Both the position numbers and the translations under genes were made by a program. A stretch of DNA of 37,845 bases, from positions 1 through 37,845 of the forward strand of contig JAISMA010000192.1 in the NCBI GenBank assembly GCA_031276985.1. The letters run 5' to 3'. Of the stretch, positions 26,088-37,568 are shown in pieces. Source of the DNA: Helicobacteraceae bacterium. GTDB taxonomy: Bacteria > Campylobacterota > Campylobacteria > Campylobacterales > SZUA-545. Position 1 is the stretch's first letter. Each line of letters begins with the position of its first letter. A model generated the notes under the pieces. The model was not told the DNA's origin, did not search any database, and saw nothing but the letters and a program-made list of their open reading frames with translations.

Positions 26088-29000
26088 CCGCGTAATAAAT
26101 TCGTCGATCGACAATCGTTTTTTGGTTTTTGTAGCGGCGGCGCTAATAACCGCGATCGGCGTTTGGGCGATCAAAAACGCGCCGATCGACGCGCTGCCCG
26201 ATCTAAGCGACACGCAGGTTATCGTCCAAACGAGCTACGAAGGGCAAGCGCCGCGCATAGTGGAAGATCAAATCACATATCCGCTTTCAACGCTGCTTAT
26301 GGGAGCGCCACGCGCCAAAACCGTACGCGGATTTTCCGCTTTTGGCGAGTCGTTTATCTACGTGATTTTCGAGGACGGAACAGACCCGTATTGGGCGCGT
26401 TCGCGCGTTTTGGAGTATCTAAATCAGGTAAAACTGCCAAACGGCGTTACGCCTAAAATCGGTCCGGACGCGACGGGAGTCGGCTGGGTTTACGAATACG
26501 CGCTTATCGACAAAAGCGGCAAACTCGATCTGTCCGAATTACGAGATCTGCAGGATTGGTTTTTGGGCTACGAGCTTCGCGCCGTAAGCGGAGTGGCGGA
26601 AGTGGCGAGCGTGGGCGGCGCGGTGAAAGAGTTTCAGATCGTAGTCGACCCCGTGAAATTGCAGCAATACGGCGTGGAGTTTGGCGCGATCAAAGAGGCG
26701 CTTTCGCAATCCAACAGCGAAACGGGCGGCGGCGCGATCGAGATCGCCGAAGCGGAATATATGACGCTTTCAAGCGGATATTTGAAAACAATCGCGGATT
26801 TCGAGCGAATCTTGCTTAGAGGCGATCCAAGCGGCGCGAGCGTCTATCTCAAAGACGTGGCGCGGATTCAGATCGGCGCGAAGGCGAGGCGAGGCGTAAC
26901 GGAACTTAACGGCGAAGGCGAAACGGTCGGCGCGATAGTCGTTATGAGAAGCGGCGCAAACGCCAAAGACACAATCGCCGCCGTAAAAACCAGATTAAAC
27001 GAGCTAAAACCGTCGCTGCCCAATGGCGTGGAGATCGTGGAAACCTACGACAGAAGCGCGTTGATTGATCGCGCAATCGCCAATCTAACCGCCAAGCTTA
27101 TCGAGGAGTTTTTAGTCGTCGCGCTTGTTTGCGCGGTTTTTTTGCGCCATTTGCGATCGGCTTTCGTGGCGATCGTATCGCTGCCGCTTGGCGTTTTTAT
27201 CTCGTTTATCGTTATGAGTTTTCAGGGCATAAACGCCAACATTATGTCGCTTGGAGGCGTGGCGATCACAATCGGCGCGATGATCGACGCCGCCGTCGTT
27301 ATGGTGGAAAACGCGCATAAGGTTTTGGAGCGCAAGCGGCGCGAGGGCGTTAAGATTGACGAGGTTGAGCGCGTAAAGCTGATCGCTTCCGCCGCAAGCG
27401 AGGTGGGCGGCGCGTTGTTTATTAGTTTGCTTATCATCACGCTTTCGTTTATTCCCATTTTCACGCTTCAGGGCGAGGAGGGGAGGCTGTTTTCGCCGCT
27501 TGCTTTCACCAAAACGTACGCAATGGCGGGCGCGGCGATCTTGGCGATCACGGTTATTCCCGTTTTGATGATCTATCTTATTCGCGGCAAAATTCCAAAC
27601 GAAAACGACAACGGCTTAAACAGATTTTTGATCAAGGCGTATCGCCCCGCGCTGAATTTGGCGTTGGCGCATCCCAAAACGACAATTGCGATTGCGTTCA
27701 TTGCGCTTGGAGCGACGATCTATCCCATAAAACATATAGGCGGCGAATTTCTGCCTAGAATCGCCGAGGGCGATCTGCTCTATATGCCTTCCACGCTACC
27801 TAGCGTCTCGTCGGCGCAAGCGACTAAGTTGCTGCAAAACTCCGATCGGCTTATCAAAACCATACCTGAAGTCGATACCGTTTTTGGCAAAGCGGGACGC
27901 GCCGAGACCGCCACCGATCCCGCGCCGATGTCGATGATTGAAACCGCGATCAAACTCAAGCCGAAAGAGGAGTGGCGCGAAGGCGTAACGCTAAACGACA
28001 TAATCCGCGAGCTTGACGACCGCGTTCGTTTTCCGGGCGTGGCGAATCTGTGGGCGCAACCAATCAGAAGCCGCATAGATATGCTTTCAACGGGCGTGAA
28101 AAGTCCGATTGGAATCAAAGTTTCGGGGCAGGATTTGGAGACGATCGACAAAGCCGCCGAGCGTTTCGCCGCGATCGCCCGCGAAGTCGAAGGCGTTACG
28201 AGCGCGTTAGCCGAAAAATTAACGGGCGGCAGATATATCAACATTGATTTTGACCGCGAAAATCTGGCGCGTTACGATATGACGATAGCCAAAGCGCAGG
28301 AGATTGTCTCGTCGGCGATCGGCGGCAAAATCGTCGGCGAAGTCGTGGACGGAACGCGCCGCCGCCCGATAAACATTCGCCTTCCGCAGAGCTATCGCGG
28401 CAGCGTTTCGGCGCTCAAAGATATGCCCGTAATAACGCCAAACGGACGGCTGATAACGTTAAGCGACATAGCAAACATAACGGTAGGCGCGGGCGCTCCA
28501 ATGCTAAAAAGCGAAAACGCCCGCTTAAGCGCGTGGGTATACATCGACGTTCGCGGGCGCGATCTTGCCTCCGTCGTAGAGGACATACGATCAAAAATCG
28601 CCGATCGCGTCGATATGACGGGCGTTAGCGCGAGCTTCGCGGGGCAGTTCGAGCTTTTGCAACGCGCAAACGAGCGGCTTTCGACGATGATCCCTTTTAC
28701 GCTGGCGATCATATTCGTTTTGCTTTTTACGGCTTTCAAGAGATTTGACGAGGCGGCGCTGATAATGTGCGTCGTTCCTTTCGCGCTAATCGGCGGCTTT
28801 TGGCTTTTGTATCTGGCGGGCTGGAACTTTTCGGCGGCGGTCGGCGCGGGTTTTATCGCTTTGGCGGGTTTGGCGGCGGAATTTGGCGTGGTTATGCTGA
28901 TCTACCTAAAATCCGCCGTGAAAAATTCGCCGCGTCTCGTCGCGGACGCGGAATCGCTGGACGAAGCGTTGCGTTACGGCGCGGTTCAACGGGTGCGCCC

Positions 29001-29202
29001 AAAAGCGATGACGGTAACGGTGATTATCGCGGGATTGCTGCCGATTATGTTTGGCGACGGCGCTGGTTCGGAAGTGATGAGCCGCATAGCCGCGCCAATG
29101 GTTGGCGGTATGATTAGCGCGCCTTTGCTCTCTATGTTTGTCGTCCCCGCGGCGTATAAGCTGCTTTTGCTTAAGCGCATGAAAATCAAAAACCCGTCGT
29201 AA
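26080..29202 (+). CDS. cusA: CusA/CzcA-family heavy-metal efflux RND transporter
   Basis: 1040 aa with 12-TM RND topology, N-terminus [15 protein letters not shown], and a Met-rich periplasmic cleft typical of CusA. Confidence 0.93.
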   Translation: MINRVINSSIDNRFLVFVAAALITAIGVWAIKNAPIDALPDLSDTQVIVQTSYEGQAPRIVEDQITYPLSTLLMGAPRAKTVRGFSAFGESFIYVIFEDGTDPYWARSRVLEYLNQVKLPNGVTPKIGPDATGVGWVYEYALIDKSGKLDLSELRDLQDWFLGYELRAVSGVAEVASVGGAVKEFQIVVDPVKLQQYGVEFGAIKEALSQSNSETGGGAIEIAEAEYMTLSSGYLKTIADFERILLRGDPSGASVYLKDVARIQIGAKARRGVTELNGEGETVGAIVVMRSGANAKDTIAAVKTRLNELKPSLPNGVEIVETYDRSALIDRAIANLTAKLIEEFLVVALVCAVFLRHLRSAFVAIVSLPLGVFISFIVMSFQGINANIMSLGGVAITIGAMIDAAVVMVENAHKVLERKRREGVKIDEVERVKLIASAASEVGGALFISLLIITLSFIPIFTLQGEEGRLFSPLAFTKTYAMAGAAILAITVIPVLMIYLIRGKIPNENDNGLNRFLIKAYRPALNLALAHPKTTIAIAFIALGATIYPIKHIGGEFLPRIAEGDLLYMPSTLPSVSSAQATKLLQNSDRLIKTIPEVDTVFGKAGRAETATDPAPMSMIETAIKLKPKEEWREGVTLNDIIRELDDRVRFPGVANLWAQPIRSRIDMLSTGVKSPIGIKVSGQDLETIDKAAERFAAIAREVEGVTSALAEKLTGGRYINIDFDRENLARYDMTIAKAQEIVSSAIGGKIVGEVVDGTRRRPINIRLPQSYRGSVSALKDMPVITPNGRLITLSDIANITVGAGAPMLKSENARLSAWVYIDVRGRDLASVVEDIRSKIADRVDMTGVSASFAGQFELLQRANERLSTMIPFTLAIIFVLLFTAFKRFDEAALIMCVVPFALIGGFWLLYLAGWNFSAAVGAGFIALAGLAAEFGVVMLIYLKSAVKNSPRLVADAESLDEALRYGAVQRVRPKAMTVTVIIAGLLPIMFGDGAGSEVMSRIAAPMVGGMISAPLLSMFVVPAAYKLLLLKRMKIKNPS

Positions 29203-29460
29203 TCCGCTTATCTACCTCAATTTCGCGCCAACTAAAACTTGCTCAAACGCGCATCTCCATCCCCGCAAAGGCGAGTATCCAGATTGAAAAGCCAAACAAC
29301 GATCGCCTTAAATGCCAGATTCCCGCATGCGCGAATATGGCGAGGTGGCGCAAATATGGGCGGGAGGTAAACGCGGTCGGCGTGAAAGAAGGCGCGAGAA
29401 CATTCGCGGATTTTGCGAAATCTTTACCAAGTTTTGACGAGTCTTGATAGAAGGTTTGGA

Positions 29461-29466
29461 TATAAT
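29461..29466 (+). promoter_or_regulatory. putative -10 box (TATAATCGCGCCA context)
   Basis: TATAAT lies 24 nt upstream of the ATG at 29491. The identical 13-mer precedes metG. Confidence 0.3.
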
Positions 29467-29490
29467 CGCGCCATTTCGCCAAAGGCTTGT

Positions 29491-30174
29491 ATGGAACTGC
29501 GTCAGCCCGAAAAAGGGTATCGCTACAACACCGATTCGATTTTGCTCTATCGTTTCGCGTCGCAAAGGCGGCTTAGCGGTTCGCTTTTGGACGTGGGGTG
29601 CGGTTGCGGAATCGTCGGTTTGTTGCTGGCTAGAGACTTTGGCGCGTCGCTTGTCGGCGTGGATATTCAGGAGGAAATGGTGAGTTTTGCCGTTCAAAAC
29701 GGAGCGTTAAACAACATCAAGGCGCGTTTTTTCGCCGCCGATTTTCGCAAGTTTGATATTGGCGAAAAGTTTGACGCGATCGTGTGCAATCCGCCTTTTT
29801 ATAGCGCAAAAACCGCCGCGAGCGCCGATCCGTCGCTCAAACTAGCGCGATACGCCTCCGCGCTTCCAATCGAGGACGTTTTGCGCCGCGCCTCCCGCCT
29901 GCTCAAGTCAAACGGCGAGCTGTTCTTTTGCTACGACGCGTCAAAAGTTTCGTCGCTGTTCAAAACGATGGGCGATCTGCGCTGGAAAACGCGCGCGATT
30001 CAATTCGCGCACAAGACAAGCGGCGAAAAGGCGCGACTGGTCTTTATCCGCGCCGATAAAACGCCCGCGAAAGCGACGGAGGTTTTGCCGCCGCTCATTT
30101 TACGCGACGAAAACGGAATAAACGCCGATATACGCGCAATCGGCAAAAAAGCGGGGACGTTATGCGTGGCTTAA
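29491..30174 (+). CDS. SAM-dependent N6-adenine methyltransferase, TrmN6/YfiC-like
   Basis: YRYNTDSILL, SAM motif LDVGCGCGIVGLLLA and catalytic NPPFY. Start taken at MELRQPEKGY. Confidence 0.65.
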   Translation: MELRQPEKGYRYNTDSILLYRFASQRRLSGSLLDVGCGCGIVGLLLARDFGASLVGVDIQEEMVSFAVQNGALNNIKARFFAADFRKFDIGEKFDAIVCNPPFYSAKTAASADPSLKLARYASALPIEDVLRRASRLLKSNGELFFCYDASKVSSLFKTMGDLRWKTRAIQFAHKTSGEKARLVFIRADKTPAKATEVLPPLILRDENGINADIRAIGKKAGTLCVA

Positions 30175-30533
30175 TCAAACAAGACGGGTTTAATTTCGCC
30201 TTCGATCCGCGCGCGTGCGAAAGTTGCGCCTCCAAATGTTGCGCGGGCGAAAGCGGCGACGTGTTTGCGAGCGACGACGAGATCGCCGCGATCGCCGCGT
30301 TTTTGGGCGAAGACGAAACGGCGACGCGAGGCATATATTTTCGCAAAGCCCGAAACGGCTGGTTAGCCAAAGAGCGCCAAACAAAGCGCGGTTTTGAGTG
30401 CGTTTTTTTGGGCGCTAACGGTTGCGAAATCTACGCGGCGCGCCCCGCGCAATGCCGAACGTTTCCGTTTTGGAACGGCATGAACGAGCGGTTGGATTGG
30501 TTGGCGCAAGAGTGTTTGGGAGCGGTTATATGA
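30162..30533 (+). CDS. YkgJ-family cysteine-cluster protein
   Basis: CESCASKCC plus CVFL..NGCEIY..RPAQCRTFPFW, the CxxCxxCC-family pattern. Confidence 0.7.
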   Translation: MRGLIKQDGFNFAFDPRACESCASKCCAGESGDVFASDDEIAAIAAFLGEDETATRGIYFRKARNGWLAKERQTKRGFECVFLGANGCEIYAARPAQCRTFPFWNGMNERLDWLAQECLGAVI

Positions 30534-31774
30534 AACGCCTTTTTATTTGCTTAATTTTAGCGTTTTTGGCAATCGTAAGTTTTGCGGCGGAATATAGCCG
30601 CGATCTGTACGAAATGTTGGCTACGGACGCGCAAAACAGAATGGATCACAACGCGTCCGCCGCCTATCGCCGCGTCATATACATAAACGAAGGCGATAAA
30701 CTTAGCCGTTACCGCTGGATCGAAACGCTGTTAATAGCGCAAAACTACGACGAAACAATCCAAGAGGCGACCGCCGCGCTTAAAAAAGACGACGACGTTT
30801 TTTTGCGTCGCGTTTTGGCTGCGAGTTATTACGCCAAAGGCGATCTGAAAAACGCGATCATAAACGCCAAAGCGCTGGCGAAAAAAGAGCAAAGCCTAGA
30901 CGCATATTTACTGCTTGGCGATCTATACGCGCTAAACAAAGAAAGCGCCAAAGCGCTTAAAGCGTACAGGAGCGCTTACGCGATTGCGCCAAACGAAGTC
31001 GCGCTTGACAAAATGGCGACGATACTAGCCAATAATCTTGGCAAACCAAAAGACGCGATTGCGTATTACGAAACCCACATTTCCGAACGCGGATGCGGCG
31101 AATTTCTTTGCGCAAGACTCGCCTCGCTATACGCTAAACTTAACGACGCAAGCGGCGTGGCGCGCACATATAAACGCATTTATAAATTGCGCCCAGATCG
31201 CGTAATCGGCGAGAAAATTATCGAGTTGTATCTCGTCGACAAAGACTACAAATCGCTTAGCGCGTGGCTTGAAGAGACGCGCTTCAACGACGATATACTG
31301 CTTGAGCTATACCGAAACGACAAACGCTTTGACAAAGCCGCCGCAATCGCCTCAAAACTTTACAGATCAAGCGGCAACATAGACTATCTGGCTTTAAGCG
31401 CTATGTTTGAATACGAAGCGGGAGACGGCGCAAATAAAGAGCTTGCCAAACGCGCCGTCGACGCGCTTGAAAAAGTCGTCGCAAAAAACCGACACCATAT
31501 ATATCTTAATTATTTAGGCTATATTTTAATCGATCACGATCTGGACGTAGAGCGCGGCGTGGAATACGTCGAACAGGCGCTAAGAATCGAACCCGACAAC
31601 GTTTATTACGTCGATTCTTTAGCGTGGGGATATTTCAAGCAAGGTCGCTACAAAGAAGCCTACGATCTAATCGTGAAAGTAACCGCCAAAAAAGAAGACG
31701 ATCCAACAGTGCAAGAGCATTACAACGCAATCAAAGAAAGCTACGAAAAATCGTTAATAGAAAGTTCCCGATGA
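30530..31774 (+). CDS. tetratricopeptide-repeat protein with signal peptide
   Basis: Start at [10 protein letters not shown] (ATGA overlap with the upstream stop). Multiple 34-aa TPR-like units (A..Y..A....P). Confidence 0.7.
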   Translation: MKRLFICLILAFLAIVSFAAEYSRDLYEMLATDAQNRMDHNASAAYRRVIYINEGDKLSRYRWIETLLIAQNYDETIQEATAALKKDDDVFLRRVLAASYYAKGDLKNAIINAKALAKKEQSLDAYLLLGDLYALNKESAKALKAYRSAYAIAPNEVALDKMATILANNLGKPKDAIAYYETHISERGCGEFLCARLASLYAKLNDASGVARTYKRIYKLRPDRVIGEKIIELYLVDKDYKSLSAWLEETRFNDDILLELYRNDKRFDKAAAIASKLYRSSGNIDYLALSAMFEYEAGDGANKELAKRAVDALEKVVAKNRHHIYLNYLGYILIDHDLDVERGVEYVEQALRIEPDNVYYVDSLAWGYFKQGRYKEAYDLIVKVTAKKEDDPTVQEHYNAIKESYEKSLIESSR

Positions 31775-32568
31775 TACTCGACGAAATAGTTAGATTTACC
31801 CGCGAAAAACTAAAAGAGCGCAAAGCGGCTATGCCCGAAGAAACGTTAGGTCGCGCTATGGCGTTAAATCCGTTTTATCCGCTTGATACGATCGCGGCGC
31901 TAAAAAAAGAAGAAAACAAACCGCTTAAAATTATCGCCGAAGTTAAAAAAGCAAGCCCCTCTCGCGGCGATATATGCGAAAATTTTGACCCGATCGCAAT
32001 CGCAAACGATTACGAAAAAGGCGGCGCGGCGGCGATCTCCGTTTTGACCGAGCCGCGCTGGTTCAAAGGCGATTTGGAATATCTTTCGCTCATTCGCAGG
32101 CATAACCGTCTTCCGCTTCTACGCAAGGATTTCATCGTCGATCGCTATCAACTGCTTGAAGCGCTGGTTTACGGCGCGTCTTTCGCGCTTTTGATCGCTA
32201 GAGTGCTTACGCTAAAAGAACTTTCGTCATTGCTGGAACAGACGCGAAACTTAGGCATGGAAGCTCTCGTGGAGATTCACGACAAAGCCGATTTAAGCAA
32301 AGCGATCGCGGCGGGCGCTACGATCATCGGCATAAATCATCGCAATCTGGACACGCTGGAAATGGATATGAGCCTCTCCGAAAAACTCATCGCGCTAATT
32401 CCGCAGGGCAAAATCGTCGTCGCGGAAAGCGGTTTATACGCGCGCGAACAACTTTTGGAACTTAGCGAAATCGGCGTAGACGCATTTTTAATCGGCGAAC
32501 ACCTTATGCGTCAAGACGATCGCGCCGCCGCAACGCGGGCGCTAACGGAAAATTTATGTATCGTTTAG
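31771..32568 (+). CDS. trpC: indole-3-glycerol phosphate synthase
   Basis: Start at MILDEIV (ATGA overlap). [24 protein letters not shown] and NHRNL motifs. Confidence 0.9.
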   Translation: MILDEIVRFTREKLKERKAAMPEETLGRAMALNPFYPLDTIAALKKEENKPLKIIAEVKKASPSRGDICENFDPIAIANDYEKGGAAAISVLTEPRWFKGDLEYLSLIRRHNRLPLLRKDFIVDRYQLLEALVYGASFALLIARVLTLKELSSLLEQTRNLGMEALVEIHDKADLSKAIAAGATIIGINHRNLDTLEMDMSLSEKLIALIPQGKIVVAESGLYAREQLLELSEIGVDAFLIGEHLMRQDDRAAATRALTENLCIV

Positions 32569-33515
32569 CGCCGCTAATCGTATTTCTCGTCTGCGTTTTG
32601 CTGTTCATATCGGGAGCGCGTCATTTTGCGCCTTCGCCTTTGGAGCTTTTGCTTGGTCGCGGCGAGCGCGTCGAAATCAAGACGATAAAAACGCGGATCG
32701 CCGCGCCGCAAGAGATAGTCGTCAAGTCCGCCGAAACCAACGAAACCGCCGAGATCAACGCGAGCGCCGCCGAAATCGTCGAAACAACCGAAACCGACGC
32801 GGACAGTATCGACGCCGATTTGCCGCTAGAGCCAATCGATGCCAACGCGCCGCCAACCGAAGAGATCGCGCCGCCAAATCCGCCGACTCCGCCAAAACTC
32901 GACGCTTTGCAAAAACTGCTAACCAATTTAGGCTATCCATTCGCAAGCGGCGATCTGCAGACAAAATCGTGCGCCAACGGGCAGACGTGCGCGATCGACG
33001 GCGTTTTGCGCGGACTGAATTTTTCAGAGCTATACTGCCGCGCCGCCGCGTTTGCTCACGGGCGCGAAATGCCCAAATACGCGCCAAACCCGACGCAAAG
33101 TTTTGAGGCGCTGCAATTTTGGTTAAGCAAAAAACCCGTCGGATTAGACGCGATCTATCTCGCAAGCGAACCGTTTGTCTTAAGCGGATCGCTCTATACG
33201 GAGCGCGGCGCGTTAAAAGGCGCTTTGTCGCTTTCATACAACGCGCGCTGGCGTTTTCCGTGCAACATAGACGAAGGCTGGCAAAACGTCTCGCTCCCGC
33301 TTCGTTGCGCGGTAAGAAGGTGGCAAAACGCGCTTGATTGCTCGCTGGATCTCCGCGCTTTGATCGAATCGTTAAGCGGCGTTGCGGCAAAGGCAAGCGA
33401 ACCCGAAAGAAAAAAGCAAATCGACGATCTGCGCGAAAACCTGCAAGAGCAGTTCAAGCACAGAATCAGAGAGCGCCCGAATATCGAGGAGATCGATCTG
33501 CGCTACCTTTTCTAA
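32556..33515 (+). CDS. hypothetical membrane-anchored protein
   Basis: N-terminal TM helix, an acidic low-complexity linker ([25 protein letters not shown]) and a Cys-containing C-terminal domain. No family recognised. Confidence 0.5.
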   Translation: MYRLAPLIVFLVCVLLFISGARHFAPSPLELLLGRGERVEIKTIKTRIAAPQEIVVKSAETNETAEINASAAEIVETTETDADSIDADLPLEPIDANAPPTEEIAPPNPPTPPKLDALQKLLTNLGYPFASGDLQTKSCANGQTCAIDGVLRGLNFSELYCRAAAFAHGREMPKYAPNPTQSFEALQFWLSKKPVGLDAIYLASEPFVLSGSLYTERGALKGALSLSYNARWRFPCNIDEGWQNVSLPLRCAVRRWQNALDCSLDLRALIESLSGVAAKASEPERKKQIDDLRENLQEQFKHRIRERPNIEEIDLRYLF

Positions 33516-33563
33516 TCCAGCTTTCTCGCTCGTTTCAGCGCCGAATGCAAAACCTGCCCCTTT

Positions 33564-33990
33564 GTCATTCCGCGCGTAGTCGCAGAATCCACTTTCTCGC
33601 GTATCTAGTAATTCGCGCAATTGCATCCGCGCGCTCAAAACATACCTTCGTATTAACCGCGCCCTCCCATCCCTCCGCGCCATCTCCGTCATTCCGCGCG
33701 TAGTCGCGGAATCCAAACATCGCGTAGCGATAACAAGCGCTTACAATTGGCGATTGATCCGCGATTGTCTTAAATGCTAGATTCTGCGACTTCGCGCGGA
33801 ATGACAAGCGGGCGCGGGGTTTATGCGATCCGATTGCTTTTTACTGATTTTGCGCCTTTTTGCGAAAGTTCAACTTATGCCGTCATTATGCGCGAAGTCA
33901 CAGAATCTAGTATTTAGGCGATCTCAAGCCAATCGTTATTCGCAAGTCTCTAATTTTTTATGTTTGGATACCAGCTTTCGCGGGAATGAC
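33564..33990. repeat. cluster of five palindromic REP-like units (GTCATTCCGCGCGTAGTCGCGGAATCC) in both orientations
   Basis: Copies at 33564-33590 (+), 33688-33714 (+), 33780-33805 (-), 33882-33907 (+, degenerate) and ~33975-33990 (-, partial). The core is ATTCCGCG-N6-CGCGGAAT. Confidence 0.75.
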
Positions 33991-34023
33991 GAGCGGACGC
34001 TAGAATTAGTAATAGCTTTTTCA

Positions 34024-34653
34024 TTATTTTTCTCCCAAAAGATCGTCTATATTAAACGTGCATAAAGCGCGATAATCCTTGCTTAGTCTTGGAAGCTCAT
34101 AAACTCCGCCAGATAGAGCTTTATCGTAAGCGAAAAATGCTTTTATTCTCTCTTTTGTGTTGAATTGAACGGTCTTAAAAGCGGTTGTCGTTATGATACT
34201 GTGATCAATAAGAATAGGTTCATTCATAAGAGTAGCTTCATCTTCAAAATACCAATTGCACGCTTGCGCCGCCTCAACAAGTTTCGTGGTTTCCTTTGCT
34301 TTACTCGGATCTTGAATCGCGATCTGAAAAGCCCTCGCTCCTTGAAACCCAATCTCAGTTACGATCCTATGATCGTCTTTGTATTTGAATATCAACCAGC
34401 GTTCCACATCGTCTCTAACGCCGTTATTGTTTGAATCAATTCCAAGAAGCGTCGAATCATTCACTTTCGGATCGGGATACGGCGGCAAAACAAACCCGTT
34501 CACAATCTCCCCGCCCTCTTTTGTATAACCCGACGAAATGTTCTCTTCAGAGCTTGCGGAGGATTTTGCGTCCGATTTGCTTTCGCAACCGCTAAAGCCA
34601 ACCGTCAAACCCAAAACCAACGCCAACGCCGCCGCAATTGCCTTCCATCCCAT
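34024..34653 (-). CDS. hypothetical lipoprotein
   Basis: Signal peptide with lipobox FSGC and a Ser-rich linker. No family recognised. Looks more AT-rich than neighbouring genes by eye. Confidence 0.6.
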   Translation of the reverse strand: MGWKAIAAALALVLGLTVGFSGCESKSDAKSSASSEENISSGYTKEGGEIVNGFVLPPYPDPKVNDSTLLGIDSNNNGVRDDVERWLIFKYKDDHRIVTEIGFQGARAFQIAIQDPSKAKETTKLVEAAQACNWYFEDEATLMNEPILIDHSIITTTAFKTVQFNTKERIKAFFAYDKALSGGVYELPRLSKDYRALCTFNIDDLLGEK

Positions 34654-34688
34654 AATAACCGCCTTTTTAGAGCTTAATTAAAATCATC

Positions 34689-34694
34689 ATTATA
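34689..34694 (-). promoter_or_regulatory. putative -10 box (TATAAT) for the lipoprotein gene
   Basis: Minus strand reads CAAATATAAT-N26-AAGG-N9-ATG. Confidence 0.25.
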
Positions 34695-34725
34695 TTTGAA
34701 AATGTTTGTTTAATTCGCTCGCGTT

Positions 34726-35643
34726 TTAGGAGAGGGCAAAAAGCGGCGGAGCGTCGAATTTTGGCAAAGCGTCGAATACTTTCCAAGTATCAAAGCCGTT
34801 CAGATAAGCGCATGTAAAGGCGGCGCGAGGATCAAAATCGCCGCTTGGAACGTAGATTTTCGCCCACGGCGCGACTCGGCGAATAAAGGCGATCGCCTCT
34901 TTAGCTTCGTCGTCGTTTGCGCGATCAAAAATTAGCGCTCTTTCGCCGTTTGATATTGGAAAAACTCTAAAGCGATCAAGCTCCGCTAGGCGATCAAATC
35001 TAAGCGTCGCCGAAAATCGCCGCGCAAATGCGATTGAATCGCGCAGTTCAGGCAAAAACAACGACGGCAACGCCAGCGCAAAACGCCTGCCCTCGTACAA
35101 TATATCCGTCCGCAAAATCGTCTCGCGCGCAATCGCAATCGGCGGCGCTTCGCCATTTGCGCTAAACGGCTCTATATGGATCGCCGCCTCGATTAAATCG
35201 GTTTGCTCTCCGCAGATAAAAAGCGGCGCGAAAGCATCTTTTCGGCTAAGAAGCGCGATTGCGTCTTTGCAGCTTGGATCGACCGCGACTCGTTTGTCGG
35301 CGATCACGCTTTTTGCGATTGCGGCGCTTGTTTTGGTTGCGCGAAAAACGGGGATATTGCGCTCAATCAGTAGATAACGCGCCAGCGACGAGAGCGATCT
35401 GTTCATATCGTCGACCGCGATCCACGCTATTTCGCCGTCTTTTGGCTGAAGCGATCGCTCGAAAACCGCCGCGAACGCGCCGTTTGCAATCGCCGCGTTT
35501 AACGCCGATTCGTCGCCGCTATGAAAATAGCAATCGCCGCGTCTCGTCGTTTGCGGCGAGAAACTAAAACCGCCAATCGCCTCGATTGACGGAGCGTTTA
35601 GCAGTCTGCCGCGCGCAACCTCGACAAGCGAGGCGATTTTCAT
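34726..35643 (-). CDS. hypothetical protein, translationally coupled to metG
   Basis: 305-aa ORF whose start overlaps the metG stop. The N-terminal ~70 aa are weakly reminiscent of a MurF-type N-terminal domain (G.S.D.R....GD.YF), but no ATP-binding motifs are seen. Confidence 0.55.
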   Translation of the reverse strand: MKIASLVEVARGRLLNAPSIEAIGGFSFSPQTTRRGDCYFHSGDESALNAAIANGAFAAVFERSLQPKDGEIAWIAVDDMNRSLSSLARYLLIERNIPVFRATKTSAAIAKSVIADKRVAVDPSCKDAIALLSRKDAFAPLFICGEQTDLIEAAIHIEPFSANGEAPPIAIARETILRTDILYEGRRFALALPSLFLPELRDSIAFARRFSATLRFDRLAELDRFRVFPISNGERALIFDRANDDEAKEAIAFIRRVAPWAKIYVPSGDFDPRAAFTCAYLNGFDTWKVFDALPKFDAPPLFALS

Positions 35644-37541
35644 TTAATCGGCGTTCCGTTAGCTACGGCGGCGTCGGGACGCGCAAGCCGCAAGCCGTTT
35701 TCATCCTTTGCCGCCAGTACCATGCCGTTGCTTTCATAGCCCATCAATTTGGCGGGTTTGAGATTGGTTACGACGCAAACTTGCGTACCCACAAGAGCTT
35801 CGGGCGCGTAAAACTCGCCGATTCCAGAGACGATTTGGCGCGGTTTGCCTTCGCCCAGATCGACTTTCAAAAGCAGAAGTTTGTCGCTTTTTTCAATCTT
35901 TTTCGCTTCCGCGACCAGACCGACTTTCATCTCGATTTTCTTAAACTCGTCGATTGTAATCAAGCCTGATTTCTCGTTGGCGGCGCTTGTCGCTGTCGGC
36001 GCTTCGGCTAAACGTAGCGAATCGACCCGCTCGAAAAGCGGCTCTTGCGCCTTGAGCGCGAACGAGGCGATCCAACCGCCTTGATCGATTAGCGCTTTTC
36101 GCGTCGGCGCGTTGATCGCAATCCCAAGCGCTTTGGCGATTAGATCGGCGTTTTTCGGCATAATCGGCGACAAAAGCGTCGCGCCTTTGGCAAGCAAATT
36201 GGCGATAAAAACCAGCAACTCGGCGACTTGATCGGCTTTGGCGTCTTTCATCTTTTCCCAAGGTTTGAAGTCGTTAATCGCTTTGTTGCCAATGGCGAAA
36301 ATTTTCCACAACTCCTCCAAATAGCGATGCAACTGCAACGCTTCAAACAGCGGATCAAGCGAGGCTATCAGAGCGTCGATCTGCTTTTTTTCCTCGCCAA
36401 AACGCGGCAGATTGACCGCTTTGATATTCAGCGCGAAGTACTTTTCCGCCATGCCCAGCAGACGATTTAGCAGATTGCCCAGATCGTTTGCCAGATCGGA
36501 GTTTATGCGATCGATTAACGCCTTTTGCGCGAAATCGCCATCCTGTCCAAACGGCACGTCGCGGAGCATAAAATATCTGAACTGCTCCAGCCCGTAAGCA
36601 TCCGCCACCTCGCGCGGATTGATGACGTTGCCTTTTGATTTGCTCATTTTCGCGCCGTCTCGCGTCCACCAGCCGTGCGCGGCGATTCGTTTTGGCAGCG
36701 CGAGATTAAGGCTCATCAAAAACGCGGGCCAATAGATTGCGTGAAAACGCAAAATATCCTTGCCGATAACGTGCGTCGCGTTAGACCAAAAGCGCGTATT
36801 TTTCTCGTCCGTTCCCCAGCCAAGCGCGGTAACGTAATTCATCAGCGCGTCGAGCCAAACGTATATCACGTGTTTTGGATCGTCGGCGCTTTTTGGCAGT
36901 TTGATTCCCCATTCAAAAGTCGTGCGCGTAATGGACAAATCCTCAAGCCCGCCCTGAACAAAGCGAATCACCTCGTTGCGCCGCGATCTGGGCAAAATCA
37001 GATTTTCGTCGCTTTCGTACCATTTAAGCAACCGATCTTGATAAGCGCTCATTCTAAAAAAGTAGTTTTCCTCTTTTAGCAGTTCCGTCGGCTTGCCGCA
37101 ATCGGGACACGCGCCGCCTTCCAATAGTTGCGAATCGCTCCAAAACGTTTCGCACGAAACGCAGTAGCGCCCCTCGAAATCGCCTTTGTATATGTCGCCG
37201 TTTTTGAGCATGATCTCGAAGGCTTTTTGAACGCCCGTTTCGTGATCGAAATCCGTCGTGCGGATAAAGCGATCGTAAGTAATGTCAAAATAATCCCATA
37301 ATCGCTTAAATTCGCCGCTGATTTTGTCGGCGTAAGCCTTTGGAGTTTCGTTTTTCGCTTTCGCCGCCTGCTCTATTTTTTGCCCGTGTTCGTCCGTTCC
37401 CGTGAGAAAATAGACCTCGCGCCCTCTTAATCTTGCCTCTCGCGCCAAAACGTCGCTGATAATCGTGGAATATGCGTGTCCGATATGCGGAACGTCATTC
37501 ACGTAGTAAATAGGACTGGTTACGTAAAACCGATCGCTCAT
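35640..37541 (-). CDS. metG: methionine--tRNA ligase with C-terminal tRNA-binding domain
   Basis: YYVNDVPHIGHAYS (HIGH), KMSKS, a zinc knuckle CVSC...CPDC, and a C-terminal Trbp111/EMAP-like domain. Confidence 0.95.
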   Translation of the reverse strand: MSDRFYVTSPIYYVNDVPHIGHAYSTIISDVLAREARLRGREVYFLTGTDEHGQKIEQAAKAKNETPKAYADKISGEFKRLWDYFDITYDRFIRTTDFDHETGVQKAFEIMLKNGDIYKGDFEGRYCVSCETFWSDSQLLEGGACPDCGKPTELLKEENYFFRMSAYQDRLLKWYESDENLILPRSRRNEVIRFVQGGLEDLSITRTTFEWGIKLPKSADDPKHVIYVWLDALMNYVTALGWGTDEKNTRFWSNATHVIGKDILRFHAIYWPAFLMSLNLALPKRIAAHGWWTRDGAKMSKSKGNVINPREVADAYGLEQFRYFMLRDVPFGQDGDFAQKALIDRINSDLANDLGNLLNRLLGMAEKYFALNIKAVNLPRFGEEKKQIDALIASLDPLFEALQLHRYLEELWKIFAIGNKAINDFKPWEKMKDAKADQVAELLVFIANLLAKGATLLSPIMPKNADLIAKALGIAINAPTRKALIDQGGWIASFALKAQEPLFERVDSLRLAEAPTATSAANEKSGLITIDEFKKIEMKVGLVAEAKKIEKSDKLLLLKVDLGEGKPRQIVSGIGEFYAPEALVGTQVCVVTNLKPAKLMGYESNGMVLAAKDENGLRLARPDAAVANGTPIK

Positions 37542-37568
37542 TGCCCGCCTTTGTAGTGATTGGCGCGA

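Noticed and set aside
29243-29697. Minus-strand ORFs 29243..29482 and 29308..29697 in the cusA-methyltransferase spacer
   Set aside because: They have no RBS and no recognisable family, and they overlap the promoter and 5' end of the better-supported plus-strand methyltransferase gene.
33564-33990. Possible CRISPR array, given repeated ~27-bp palindromic units
   Set aside because: Copies occur in both orientations, spacing is irregular and much longer than spacers (about 90-125 bp), and the copies are degenerate. This fits REP/MITE-like elements, not CRISPR.
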